A DNA stretch of 27,384 nucleotides from a virus (lineage: Duplodnaviria > Caudoviricetes): positions 1 to 27,384 of the IMG/VR virus record IMGVR_UViG_3300031454_000237. One strand, written 5' to 3'. The notes beneath the pieces were generated by a model that did not search any database, was not told where the DNA came from, and saw only the letters and a program-made list of their open reading frames with translations. A program made the translations under genes and the position numbers. Below are positions 1 through 8,607 of the stretch, in pieces; within the stretch, counting starts at the first letter, position 1, and the number at the start of each line of letters is the position of its first letter.

Positions 1-33
1 CCCGCCGTGCGGCGCGGTGGACTTGACGCCCGC

Positions 34-390
34 TCAGACCAACGAGATCGTGGACTGGGCCAGCCAGGTCTCCTCGCCCTGTACGGCCGGCGGCGGGTCC
101 ATCGCGTCGGCATCGACCGAGATGGCCACCGAGCCCGACACCACCCGCAGCCCAACGTCGACCTCGGCAAGGAACGACGGCCAGCTCGAGGCCAGCACGC
201 ACGCGATCCTCCACGCCGTGCCCTCCGGATTCGCATCGCCGGCATGAGCCACGACGACCACCTCGCCACAGCGAACGCCGATCACCAAACCCGCCAGGTC
301 CGGGTGCTCGGCGACCACCTGCTGCTCGAGGTCCGCGGCGAACGACGACACCAACGTCTGCCACGGCAACGCAGCCGACAGGTACGCCAT
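34..390 (-). CDS. Hypothetical protein (118 aa), last visible gene of the immunity cassette
   Basis: ATG at 390 overlaps the TGA of the upstream lipoprotein gene (TGATG coupling); no recognisable motif. Confidence 0.55.
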   Translation of the reverse strand: MAYLSAALPWQTLVSSFAADLEQQVVAEHPDLAGLVIGVRCGEVVVVAHAGDANPEGTAWRIACVLASSWPSFLAEVDVGLRVVSGSVAISVDADAMDPPPAVQGEETWLAQSTISLV

Positions 391-932
391 CAGAGGTAAG
401 GGCTCCAGTCCTCGACCTGCGATCCGAGGTACTCCAGTTCGTCCATGAGAGCAAGCTGCTCGACCACGCACGCCAGTTCGGATCGGGGATCACAGGCAAG
501 CTGTTCATCTCGCGCGTCGATGACCCCAGTTATCGCCGCTTGAGTCACCAAGAACGGGGAAGGCGTCGAGTAGGAAGGATCAGGGTTGACCTGCGTCAGC
601 AGCCCGCCCAGCCGGGCGGCATCTGCGGCCGCCCCAAGCAGGTCGAACATCAACCCGAAGCTGCAAACGGAGCCGGCGGGATCGATGGAGCAGTCGTTCC
701 GCACCTCTGCCGCCTCCGCTCGGATATTTGTGAGTGTCGCAACGACCTCGGGAGCGAGGCGAGTTACCACCGGGACGACGTCGATGGTGGTGGTGGTTGT
801 GATCCGTTCGGTTGTCGTGGTCGTCATGGGTGTCGCGGTTGTCGGCGCCTCAGCCTCCGTCGTTGGCGGCATGTCAATCGCCTCGACCTCACTGCCACCC
901 CCGCAACCAGCCAGCAGGGCCACCGCCAGCAC
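390..932 (-). CDS. Putative lipoprotein with Thr-rich linker and Cys-paired helical domain
   Basis: Lipobox LLAGC followed by GGG and a TTT-rich stalk; GTG start at 932 chosen just after the ImmA stop (start uncertain, signal peptide short). Confidence 0.7.
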   Translation of the reverse strand: MLAVALLAGCGGGSEVEAIDMPPTTEAEAPTTATPMTTTTTERITTTTTIDVVPVVTRLAPEVVATLTNIRAEAAEVRNDCSIDPAGSVCSFGLMFDLLGAAADAARLGGLLTQVNPDPSYSTPSPFLVTQAAITGVIDARDEQLACDPRSELACVVEQLALMDELEYLGSQVEDWSPYL

Positions 933-937
933 GGCCG

Positions 938-1375
938 CTAGGACAGCACCCCGTACTGCTGGCTGAGCAGCCAACAAGCCCGATGGGCGAGACCGTGCGG
1001 CACCTCGAACTCGTCGCCGACCATCGTCGCGTTGACCGCGCCGAACTCGGCGCGCATCGCCACGAACAACGCCAGCTCCGGCATCGGGACCAGACGCCGG
1101 ACCAGCTCCCGGTCCACTCGCTCCTCGCCCTTGGCCACGATCAGTGACGGTGTGCCCGGGGGGAACCACAGACGCCACTCGACGTGGATCAGCTCGTGGC
1201 CCAACGTGGCGTTGCGCTCGACGCGTCCGAGCCCATGGTCCAACTCGACGCCGGCTCGGTCCGCCGCCAGCGGATAGCTCAGACCGTCTACCCCGTCGGG
1301 GAGCTCCGCGTAGGCCAGCTCGACGGTCGGACCCGTCGACCGCAACGCCTTCCACGGATTCCACCTCGCCCTCAT
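938..1375 (-). CDS. immA: ImmA/IrrE-family metallo-endopeptidase (anti-repressor protease)
   Basis: ERNATLGHELIHVE zinc motif (HExxH), downstream EERVD glutamate, N-terminal WNPWKAL, C-terminal helix-turn-helix-like DEFEVP; adjacent to an XRE repressor. Confidence 0.88.
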   Translation of the reverse strand: MRARWNPWKALRSTGPTVELAYAELPDGVDGLSYPLAADRAGVELDHGLGRVERNATLGHELIHVEWRLWFPPGTPSLIVAKGEERVDRELVRRLVPMPELALFVAMRAEFGAVNATMVGDEFEVPHGLAHRACWLLSQQYGVLS

Positions 1376-1383
1376 CGCCGCAA

Positions 1384-1405
1384 ACGGTACGGAGGGGGTC
1401 TGACA
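1384..1405 (-). promoter_or_regulatory. RecA-independent DNA-damage (PafBC-type, RecA-NDp) promoter candidate for immA
   Basis: Minus strand reads TGTCAG-ACCCCCTCCG(10 nt)-TACCGT, matching TGTC[G/A]G-N10-TA-N3-T; ATG follows 8 nt later with no Shine-Dalgarno. Confidence 0.72.
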
Positions 1406-1414
1406 TCGTGGGCC

Positions 1415-1870
1415 TCACGGCTGGTCGTTCTCGACGGGCGGCGACGGGCGGCGCTTACGGGGAGACTTGCGGGCCTCGAACCGCTTCGACGCATCGCCCT
1501 GAGCGGCGACCGCGTCTAGATCCTCGGTGGGGCGACGGCGGATGGGGGTGACGTTGTTGAGCCCGAGGTGGGCCTCGATGGCAGCGACGCGGGCGGCCAG
1601 GTCATCGACGCGGTCTGCCGATGGAGGGATGGAGCCGAGGCGATCGTGCAGTTGGCCGCCGAGATCGAAGTAGTCCTCGATCATGTCGATCGATGCGCCC
1701 GACGCTGGGGCGTACTCCCCCCGCTCCCATGCACTGACCTTCGACACGCTGAGACTGTCGTCCTGACTTCGGAGCCCGTCTACGACCTGCTGGACCGTGA
1801 GCCCCTTGGCTTTGCGGGTCGACCTGATGAGGGCACCGAACGCTCGACGCTGCTCCGGGGTGGCTGGCAT
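1415..1870 (-). CDS. XRE-family HTH immunity repressor (ImmR-like)
   Basis: FGALIRSTRKAKGLTVQQVV...VSKVSAWERGEYAP is a typical HTH_XRE; no S24 peptidase domain; ATG at 1870 preferred over the 1972 start in the ORF track. Confidence 0.88.
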   Translation of the reverse strand: MPATPEQRRAFGALIRSTRKAKGLTVQQVVDGLRSQDDSLSVSKVSAWERGEYAPASGASIDMIEDYFDLGGQLHDRLGSIPPSADRVDDLAARVAAIEAHLGLNNVTPIRRRPTEDLDAVAAQGDASKRFEARKSPRKRRPSPPVENDQP

Positions 1871-2059
1871 ATGGCCTCGGACGTTGCGGGATAAGGGCAA
1901 CGACTGTCTACCAAGAGTTTCTTGGCCGCGTAACTCCCTCCTTGTGATTCGCGGGGCACTACGGGCGACCATCTCCGTGATTCACGGATTCCTTGACAAG
2001 GTTGTACGGGTGCGCGAGTGTGGTCCCTGTTCCACTCCATCCCGCACCGGAGGCACCCC
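1871..2059. promoter_or_regulatory. Divergent lysis/lysogeny switch region with candidate operators
   Basis: Intergenic between divergent genes; TTGACA at 1993-1998; palindrome TCCGTGA-T-TCACGGA 1974-1988 with a degenerate copy at 1941-1955; inverted repeats CCAAGA-GTT-TCTTGG 1911-1925 and CGTTGC-N9-GCAACG 1882-1902. Confidence 0.65.
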
Positions 2060-2437
2060 ATGACCGTCACCGAGGACCCGCCCGGGTTCGACCACCACCT
2101 CGACCACGCCAACCGCCACGCCGAAGACCAAGCCGACCGGATCTCCGATCGCCACCAAGCCAACCGGGCCGACAAAGCCCGCCGCATCGCCGACGCCCTC
2201 ACTACCCGTGTCGGACCTGGGACCGCCGCCGACCTCACCTGCCACCAGATCGCCGTCCTCGCCCAGACCCAGCTCGACCCCGACGGCTGGACGAAGGTCG
2301 CAGCCATCGTCGGTGAGAAGCCACCGTCGACCGCCACGCAATGCCTGGTCGTCACCCGGCTACGGGCCATGGACGTCGACCGGATCACGGCTGCAGGCGT
2401 CGCTGCCTGCCGGACCGCGCTCAAAGGCGCCCGATGA
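2060..2437 (+). CDS. Hypothetical early protein
   Basis: GGAGG at 2049-2053 before the ATG; first gene of the rightward operon; coupled to the next gene by ATGA. Confidence 0.75.
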   Translation: MTVTEDPPGFDHHLDHANRHAEDQADRISDRHQANRADKARRIADALTTRVGPGTAADLTCHQIAVLAQTQLDPDGWTKVAAIVGEKPPSTATQCLVVTRLRAMDVDRITAAGVAACRTALKGAR

Positions 2438-2640
2438 CCGTCGCCACCAACGCCCCACCCGAGCACGTGCTCGCCGCAGCGATCCGCTGCGCCGTCAACT
2501 ACGACCTGGCCGTCCCGCTGGCCCGCACCGGCAACCAGTGGGCGCTCTGGCCCGGCTGCGCATGGCCGACCACCGGGCGACCCGACGACGTATGGACCGT
2601 CACCCCCGACGGCCGATGCGTGAAAGACCACTTCCAGTGA
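2434..2640 (+). CDS. Hypothetical protein (68 aa)
   Basis: ATGA overlap upstream and GTGA overlap downstream. Confidence 0.7.
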   Translation: MTVATNAPPEHVLAAAIRCAVNYDLAVPLARTGNQWALWPGCAWPTTGRPDDVWTVTPDGRCVKDHFQ

Positions 2641-4373
2641 CCATCACCGCCGATGTCACTGAGTTCCTGGCCCCGCCGACCAGTCGTACCCGGGTCGCCG
2701 TCGAACCGGCGCCCCGTGTGCAGCCGAACCATCAGCCAGGCGTCGAGATGGCGCTCGTCGAGCCGGGCAGCGACGAGTGGTACCAGATCGTCAGCGCCTC
2801 GAAGATCTCGGCGCTAACCGGTCGGTCGCCGTGGGACTCGGCATACGCCATCTGGCATCGCATGAAGGGGCTCGCCCCCCGACTCGAAGCGACCCCGGCC
2901 ATGATCCGCGGCCACCTCCTCGAGCCCGCCGTGGCCGAATGGTTCGCCCAGCAGCACCCTGACTGGACGGTCCGCACCTGCGGGACCTTCATCGCCGCAG
3001 GCAACGAGCGGCACACGGCAGCCCCGGACCGAGTCATCGACAAGCCAGACATTGACGGCGTCCCGGACATCCTCGAGGTCAAGTCCACGACCATGGACTA
3101 CGAGTGGGGCACACCGGGCACCGACGAGATCCCCGACTACTACCGGGATCAGGTGATCTGGCAGCTCTACGTCACCGGAGCTAGCCGCTGCCACGTCGCG
3201 ATGATCGGGCCGTTCCTGGAGTTCGCCGAGTACGTCGTCGACTACGACCCGAAACACGCGGCCGACCTGATCCGCATCGTCGACAAGTTCCTCGCCCTAC
3301 TCGACGACGATCAGCCACCTTCGGTCGACTCTCATGGCGCCACGTTCGACACCGTCCGCGAACTACACCCCACCGTTGAAGTCGGCACCTCCATAGACCT
3401 CGACGAGGCCCTCGCTCGGCGCTACGTGGACGCCATCAACGGGGCCAAGGTGATCGACGCCGAACTGATCGGCGCCAAGACAGCCGTACTCGATGCACTC
3501 GGCGACGCCAAGGTCGCCCTCTGGGACGGCAAGAAGATCGCCGACCGTCGAACTGCCCGACCTGGTGCGACACCCACGCTCTATGCAGCAAGGCAGCTCC
3601 CCGAGTTCACCAAGACCCCCGACGCTGACGCTGACCGCACCCAGTGGATCGCATCGCGCCTCCGCAACATCAAAGAAGCAGGCGACCCCAAGGGCATCGA
3701 AGCCGTGCGGAAGTTCTGGCCGGCAGGCGTCGCCGTCAAGCCGCCGTGGACCGCCGAGCAGATCGACGCCATCGACGTCCTGCTCACCCACGTCGAACGC
3801 CTCGATGACGTGCCGTTCCCCGCACTCGACCCGGCCAAGCCGACCCCCGACGAAGCCATGCAGACCGAACGGGACGCGAAGGCCGCCGCCCTCGACGCCG
3901 AGCGGTCGCTCGACCCGCGGCTGCGTGACATCGACGACGACGGCGCCATCGCCACGGACGCCGACGCCGCTGACCTCAAGGCCACCGTCGCCGCCATGAC
4001 GCCCGACCACAAGGCCGTCCTCCAGGCATGGATGACCGACGCCAAGCTCGGCGGACGACCATGGCGGTTCGCCAAGGGCAGCACCCGCCGTGTCGCCGCC
4101 ATCAACGCCGCCGCCTTCGCCTTGGTGCTGTACGGCGTCGACGCCAGCGACCTCGGTGACGACACCGCCGCTCGTCGCCTCGTCAAGCTCGCCATCGGCC
4201 TCGACATCCAGCCCGCTTGGTCCCTCGGCGCCGTCCTCGGCTCCCTCACCCTCTCCGAGGCCAAGAGCCTCACCAGCATCGCCGCACGGTTCGCAGCCGG
4301 CGACGACGAGGTGTGCGCCGACATCGGCGCCCACCTCGCAGCCCACTACGCCGCGCTCGACGCGGCGACGTGA
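2637..4373 (+). CDS. YqaJ/lambda-exonuclease-family recombination nuclease with long C-terminal extension
   Basis: VSASKISALTGRSPW, GHLLEPAV, AAPDR, LEVKST and YYRDQVIWQLYVTG motifs; GTG start overlapping the previous stop (ATG 2748 is an alternative). Confidence 0.88.
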   Translation: MTITADVTEFLAPPTSRTRVAVEPAPRVQPNHQPGVEMALVEPGSDEWYQIVSASKISALTGRSPWDSAYAIWHRMKGLAPRLEATPAMIRGHLLEPAVAEWFAQQHPDWTVRTCGTFIAAGNERHTAAPDRVIDKPDIDGVPDILEVKSTTMDYEWGTPGTDEIPDYYRDQVIWQLYVTGASRCHVAMIGPFLEFAEYVVDYDPKHAADLIRIVDKFLALLDDDQPPSVDSHGATFDTVRELHPTVEVGTSIDLDEALARRYVDAINGAKVIDAELIGAKTAVLDALGDAKVALWDGKKIADRRTARPGATPTLYAARQLPEFTKTPDADADRTQWIASRLRNIKEAGDPKGIEAVRKFWPAGVAVKPPWTAEQIDAIDVLLTHVERLDDVPFPALDPAKPTPDEAMQTERDAKAAALDAERSLDPRLRDIDDDGAIATDADAADLKATVAAMTPDHKAVLQAWMTDAKLGGRPWRFAKGSTRRVAAINAAAFALVLYGVDASDLGDDTAARRLVKLAIGLDIQPAWSLGAVLGSLTLSEAKSLTSIAARFAAGDDEVCADIGAHLAAHYAALDAAT

Positions 4374-4413
4374 ACACCATCCACCCAACCCACAGCAGAA
4401 AGCCACGAACACC

Positions 4414-4944
4414 ATGAGCATCGACAACAGCGTCTCCGAGTTCCTCACCGGCGGGGCCGGCGCCAAGAGCGCCCTCCTCGCCAACATCGGCGACACCATC
4501 ACCGGCACCGTCGTCTCGGCTGACGTCATCCAGCAAAGCGACTTCGCCACCAAGAAGCCCAAGTTCTGGGACGACGGCGGCCCCATGATGCAACTACGGG
4601 TCATCCTCGCCACCAACGAACGCGACCCCCTCGACCCCGACGACGACGGCGAACGGGCGCTCTACCTCAAGGGGTCAAAGAAGGACCCGCACTCCAGCGC
4701 TGGCGCCCTCGTCGAAGCGCTCAAGCAGGCCAAGGTCAGCGGCCTCGAGGTCGGCGGGAAACTGATGGCCCAGTACATCAGCGACCGCCCCTCGAACATG
4801 GGCAACCCGGCCAAGCAATGGCGCATCGCCTACAAGGCACCCGCCCTCGGCGCCGGATTCCTCGACGCCCCCGAGCCCGCCGCCGCTTCGGCCCCGACGC
4901 CAGCTCCGGCGCCAGTCATCGACGATCCGTTCGCCGAGTTCTGA
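4414..4944 (+). CDS. Putative single-stranded DNA-binding protein (actinophage type)
   Basis: IGDTITGTV...QQSDF...KPKFWDDG.P.MQLRV..T...DDDGERALYLKG pattern, Pro/Ala linker and acidic-aromatic tail DDPFAEF; follows the exonuclease. Confidence 0.7.
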   Translation: MSIDNSVSEFLTGGAGAKSALLANIGDTITGTVVSADVIQQSDFATKKPKFWDDGGPMMQLRVILATNERDPLDPDDDGERALYLKGSKKDPHSSAGALVEALKQAKVSGLEVGGKLMAQYISDRPSNMGNPAKQWRIAYKAPALGAGFLDAPEPAAASAPTPAPAPVIDDPFAEF

Positions 4945-4956
4945 GCGTCCCCGTTC

Positions 4957-4995
4957 ACCAGCCAGGCGCACCCCCTACGAGTGCGCCTGGCTGGT
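4957..4995 (+). terminator. Strong hairpin (15-bp perfect stem) after the SSB-like gene
   Basis: ACCAGCCAGGCGCAC (4957-4971) and GTGCGCCTGGCTGGT (4981-4995); no U-tract, as is common in actinobacteria. Confidence 0.6.
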
Positions 4996-5036
4996 CCCCC
5001 CATCACCCACCCGCCTCCAACGTGAACGGCGCCATC

Positions 5037-5609
5037 ATGACAAAGGGAATCGAGACCAGGTACGCCGGGCATCTCTTCCGCTCACGCCTCGAAGCCCGAT
5101 GGGCCTGCTTCTTCGACATGATCGGATGGACCTGGACCTATGAACCGCTCGATGCCAACGGGTACATCCCCGACTTCCTGATCCACGGCAACCGCCCGAT
5201 GCTCGTCGAGGTCAAGCCGGCCTCATGTGCAGCCGACCTGCTTGTGGCCACCACCTACGTCGACAAGGCGATTGAAGGCCACTGGTCCGGCGACACGCTC
5301 ATGCTCGGAATCGGTCCAATGGCGGGGGTCGGATCATTCCGAGGCGCCACCGCATTGGGCTTGCTGGGGGAAGACGTCATGGATGACGTCATGGATGAGC
5401 TAGTGCCGCGGGAATACGAAGACGCCCTGTTCACCCAATGCTGCGACTGCGGGCGGTTCGGCGTCTACCACGGCCTCATGAGTTACGCCACCCGCCCATG
5501 CGGACACCACGATGGCGACCACTACCTAAGCCCGGTCGACATGGACAAGACGCAACGCCTGTGGGGCGCTGCACATGAGGCGACACGCTGGGTCGGCTCC
5601 AGGTCGTGA
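5037..5609 (+). CDS. PD-(D/E)XK-superfamily nuclease
   Basis: IETRYAGHLFRSRLEARWACFFD...WTYEP...YIPDF...VEVKP. Confidence 0.8.
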   Translation: MTKGIETRYAGHLFRSRLEARWACFFDMIGWTWTYEPLDANGYIPDFLIHGNRPMLVEVKPASCAADLLVATTYVDKAIEGHWSGDTLMLGIGPMAGVGSFRGATALGLLGEDVMDDVMDELVPREYEDALFTQCCDCGRFGVYHGLMSYATRPCGHHDGDHYLSPVDMDKTQRLWGAAHEATRWVGSRS

Positions 5610-8287
5610 TGGCCGCCGTCCTTACCCCGTACGCCTCCTACGCCGAGCGGTACAGCGCAGCCGGGTGGCGCGGGGTGCTGCCTTTGCCGGCACGGAAGAA
5701 GAAGAGCCCGCCCGACGACTTCACCGGTGACTCCGGCTTCTACCCGACGCCGAACCAGGTGCGGGAATGGGTGAGGGGGAGAGGCGACGGCAACATCGGG
5801 CTGCGGATGAACGAGGACGTCATAGGCATCGACGTCGACGCCTACGGCGGCAAGCCCGGCGCAGAAACCCTCGCCGACCTCGTCGAAAGGTTGGGGCCGC
5901 TGCCCGCCACGTGGACTTCGACCAGCCGGGACGACGGCGTCTCGGGAATCCGTTTCTACCGGATCTCCCACCCCACACGGCTCGTCGGATCACTGCCCGG
6001 CATCGAGTTCATCCAACGTCACCATCGCTACGCCGTCGCCGCCCCGTCGATCCACCCCGACACCGGCGGCACGTACCGGTGGATCAGCCCCGACGGTGAG
6101 GTCGGCGACTTCGTGCCCGACGTGGCGGACCTACCGCTCCTGCCCGATGCCTGGCTCGAACACCTCAAGAAGGACAACAAGACGTCCCGGCAACGCCAAG
6201 CCCTCTCCACGGGCCACGAGGTCGCCGAGGCAGTCGACCGGGCCTACGGCACGGCAATGCGTGGGCTGCGCCAAGGCACCCGCCACGACAGCGCCCTCGT
6301 CGGAGCCACCACGCTCATCCGCCTCGAGAACCTCGACTACCCCGGCGCCGCCGAGACCCTCGGCCAGCTCCGCTCAGACTTCCTTTCGGCCGTCGGCGAC
6401 TCCCGCAGCACACAGGAGAGCGAGGGCGAATGGGATCGCATCGTCGCAAGCGCCGAGGATCTCGTCCAGTCGTCGCCGTCGATCGCCCCCCGATGGGACG
6501 GTCGGCGTGGTGGCGGCGGGCCCGACCTCGACGACCTCATCGGCGAAAGCCTCAAGGGTGGCAAGGCCAAGATGCCGCCAGCGAAGAAGTCGCCGCCGGC
6601 ACCGTGGCCTGACCCGACCGAGCTCCCCGACGCCGTGACGCTCGCCCCGATCCCGAGTCACGTCTTCCCCGGGTGGATACTCGACTACGCCCGGTCGCTC
6701 GCCGCACAGAACCAGGTAGCCGAAGACCTCCCCACCATCCTCGCCCTCGGATCACTCGCAGCCGTACTCAACGGACACGTCCAGATCGAAGCGACCGACG
6801 GTTGGGTCGAAGGCGTCAACGTCTGGACCTGCGTACTAGCCGAGGCCGGCGGCTCCAAGAGCCCCGTCGCCAAAGCCATGCAAGCCCCGGCCCGGGAGTT
6901 CGAGCGCCAAACGATCGCATGGGCCGCCAGCGACGTCGCCCGATACGAGCAGCGCATCGCCCTGTTCGAAAAGAAAGCCAAAGAAGCAGACGACGCCTAC
7001 CTGCGCGATGGCGACGAAGACCGGGCATCCGAGGCACGAGACATTGCCCAGGAAGCACGGGAGCTGAACCGCCCACCCGCCGGTGAGATCTTCGCAGGCG
7101 ACATCACCCCCGAAGCCCTAGTCGACCTGCTCGCAGAGAACAACGAGCACGGGGCCATCAGCGACACCGAGGGCACCATCCTCTCGATCGTCGCCGGCCG
7201 CTACTCCAAGACCACCAACGCCGAGTTCATCCTCAAGACCTGGGCTGGTGACCACCACGACGTGCGCCGCAAGAGCGGCGAGAAGTTCCGGCTCCACGAT
7301 CCGCACCTAACCGTGTCGCTTACCGTGCAGCCCGGCCGGTGGGCGCGGGTCCTCGCCAACGAGGAGTTGGTCGACGTCGGCTTCCCCGAACGGTTCATGG
7401 TGTCGCTCGCCCCCCGCCGTGTCGGCACACGCAAGCCCGACCTGCGGCGCCAGCGCATCGACGCCGACGCCGCAGCGACCTATCACGACGAGTTCCTGCG
7501 CTTCGCCCATCGGTGCAGCCGATGGGCCGTCGCCGCCCGGCTTTACCTCGATGACGACGCCATCGACGCCTTCGACGCCATGCGCAATGACCACGAGCCG
7601 CGGATGCTCGAAGGTGGCAACCTTGCCCCGCACGCCGTGTTCATCGCCAAGCTCCACGCCTCGGTTCTGCGCACCGCGGCGCTGCTCCACATCGCGTGGG
7701 GCAACGACCCGGGCGAACATGTCACCGGCACCACGATGGCGATGGCCGTCGAGCTCGGCAGCTATTGGCTCGATCACTACGTTGGCCCAAAGGTCGACGG
7801 CCAGGCCCTCTCCGATGCCCACCGGATCATCGCATGGGCAGCCGAGAAGGGGCTCAGCGAGACCACCGCCACCGAGATGAACCGGGGCATGCGGATCTTC
7901 CGAGACGCAGGCGGGAGCGACCGTCGATCGGCGGCGCTGCTGCTGCTCGAGGAGTACGGCTGGGCACGCCAGGCCGGCGAGTGGCCGCTCGACACGGCCC
8001 GTCAAGGGGCAAGGATCGACGTCGGATTACACCCCTGGGCCGCCGACGGGGCAAACCGGGTTATCTCGGACATTGGTGCTACCTCGCCACCGTCCGTAGC
8101 CGACAGTCCCAAATCGACTACGGAGAGCGAGCCAATGGTACCGGTCGCGCCAATGCCCCCTATAGCCAAATCAGACTCTTCTTCTTCTTCTGAGGGCATC
8201 CCCGACGCAGTGCCCCAGATGTCACCGGGCATTGGCGCGACCGACGACGACGACCCCCTCGGTCTCGGCCTGGACGACGCACCGTGA
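5606..8287 (+). CDS. Bifunctional DNA primase/polymerase fused to DUF3987 (YfjI-like P-loop) replication protein
   Basis: N-terminal GNIGLRM, IGIDVD, AAPSIHPDTGGTYRW (Prim-Pol); C-terminal AEAGGSKSP, DITPEAL, DTEG, LTVQP, GFPERF (DUF3987-like). Confidence 0.85.
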   Translation: MMAAVLTPYASYAERYSAAGWRGVLPLPARKKKSPPDDFTGDSGFYPTPNQVREWVRGRGDGNIGLRMNEDVIGIDVDAYGGKPGAETLADLVERLGPLPATWTSTSRDDGVSGIRFYRISHPTRLVGSLPGIEFIQRHHRYAVAAPSIHPDTGGTYRWISPDGEVGDFVPDVADLPLLPDAWLEHLKKDNKTSRQRQALSTGHEVAEAVDRAYGTAMRGLRQGTRHDSALVGATTLIRLENLDYPGAAETLGQLRSDFLSAVGDSRSTQESEGEWDRIVASAEDLVQSSPSIAPRWDGRRGGGGPDLDDLIGESLKGGKAKMPPAKKSPPAPWPDPTELPDAVTLAPIPSHVFPGWILDYARSLAAQNQVAEDLPTILALGSLAAVLNGHVQIEATDGWVEGVNVWTCVLAEAGGSKSPVAKAMQAPAREFERQTIAWAASDVARYEQRIALFEKKAKEADDAYLRDGDEDRASEARDIAQEARELNRPPAGEIFAGDITPEALVDLLAENNEHGAISDTEGTILSIVAGRYSKTTNAEFILKTWAGDHHDVRRKSGEKFRLHDPHLTVSLTVQPGRWARVLANEELVDVGFPERFMVSLAPRRVGTRKPDLRRQRIDADAAATYHDEFLRFAHRCSRWAVAARLYLDDDAIDAFDAMRNDHEPRMLEGGNLAPHAVFIAKLHASVLRTAALLHIAWGNDPGEHVTGTTMAMAVELGSYWLDHYVGPKVDGQALSDAHRIIAWAAEKGLSETTATEMNRGMRIFRDAGGSDRRSAALLLLEEYGWARQAGEWPLDTARQGARIDVGLHPWAADGANRVISDIGATSPPSVADSPKSTTESEPMVPVAPMPPIAKSDSSSSSEGIPDAVPQMSPGIGATDDDDPLGLGLDDAP
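8142..8243. repeat. 17-bp inverted repeat flanking an AT-richer/TCT-repeat spacer; candidate replication origin
   Basis: CGGTCGCGCCAATGCCC (8142-8158) and its reverse complement (8227-8243); related CATTGG/CCAATG copies at about 8071 and 8132. Confidence 0.55.
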
Positions 8288-8445
8288 CCGCCGTCAACAC
8301 CACCGATCCCTGCCCCGACTGCGGTGCCGAGTGGGGCACCACGACCTCGGATCATCACCACCCGCACAGCAGCACCCACACCCGCATCCACGCCGATGGC
8401 TGCCCCGCCGCCGCGGCCATCACCGAACCGGAGAACCCGACATGA
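8284..8445 (+). CDS. Small CxxC/His-rich protein (53 aa), absent from the ORF track
   Basis: MTAVNTTDPCPDCGAEWG...HADGCPAAAAITEPENPT; GTGA and ATGA overlaps at both ends. Confidence 0.7.
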   Translation: MTAVNTTDPCPDCGAEWGTTTSDHHHPHSSTHTRIHADGCPAAAAITEPENPT

Positions 8446-8607
8446 CCGAACCCGACGACATCGAACGGGTGGAGCTGGCCAACGCAGACGCCGAGTGGCT
8501 GCGATCCCTCGCAGCCACGACCAGGAGCGCCCTCACGGCGAACCACCTCCGCATCATCGCCGCTCGGATCGACAGCCTCATCTGGCCGGAGAACCCGACA
8601 TGACCGA
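8428..8607 (+). repeat. 22-bp direct repeat at two consecutive gene junctions
   Basis: CCGGAGAACCCGACATGACCGA at 8428-8449 and 8586-8607; partial GACATGACCGA at 8791-8801. Confidence 0.85.
8442..8603 (+). CDS. Hypothetical protein (53 aa)
   Basis: GGAG SD, ATGA coupling at both ends. Confidence 0.7.
   Translation: MTEPDDIERVELANADAEWLRSLAATTRSALTANHLRIIAARIDSLIWPENPT

Noticed and set aside
7-399. Plus-strand ORFs at the left edge
   Set aside because: No motif or SD; the minus-strand ORF coupled to the lipoprotein gene explains the codon bias better, though the edge is uncertain
933-1418. N-terminal 160 aa of the 342-aa ORF 390..1418
   Set aside because: Overlaps the ImmA gene in another frame and is Arg/Gly-rich noise; only the lipoprotein part is credible
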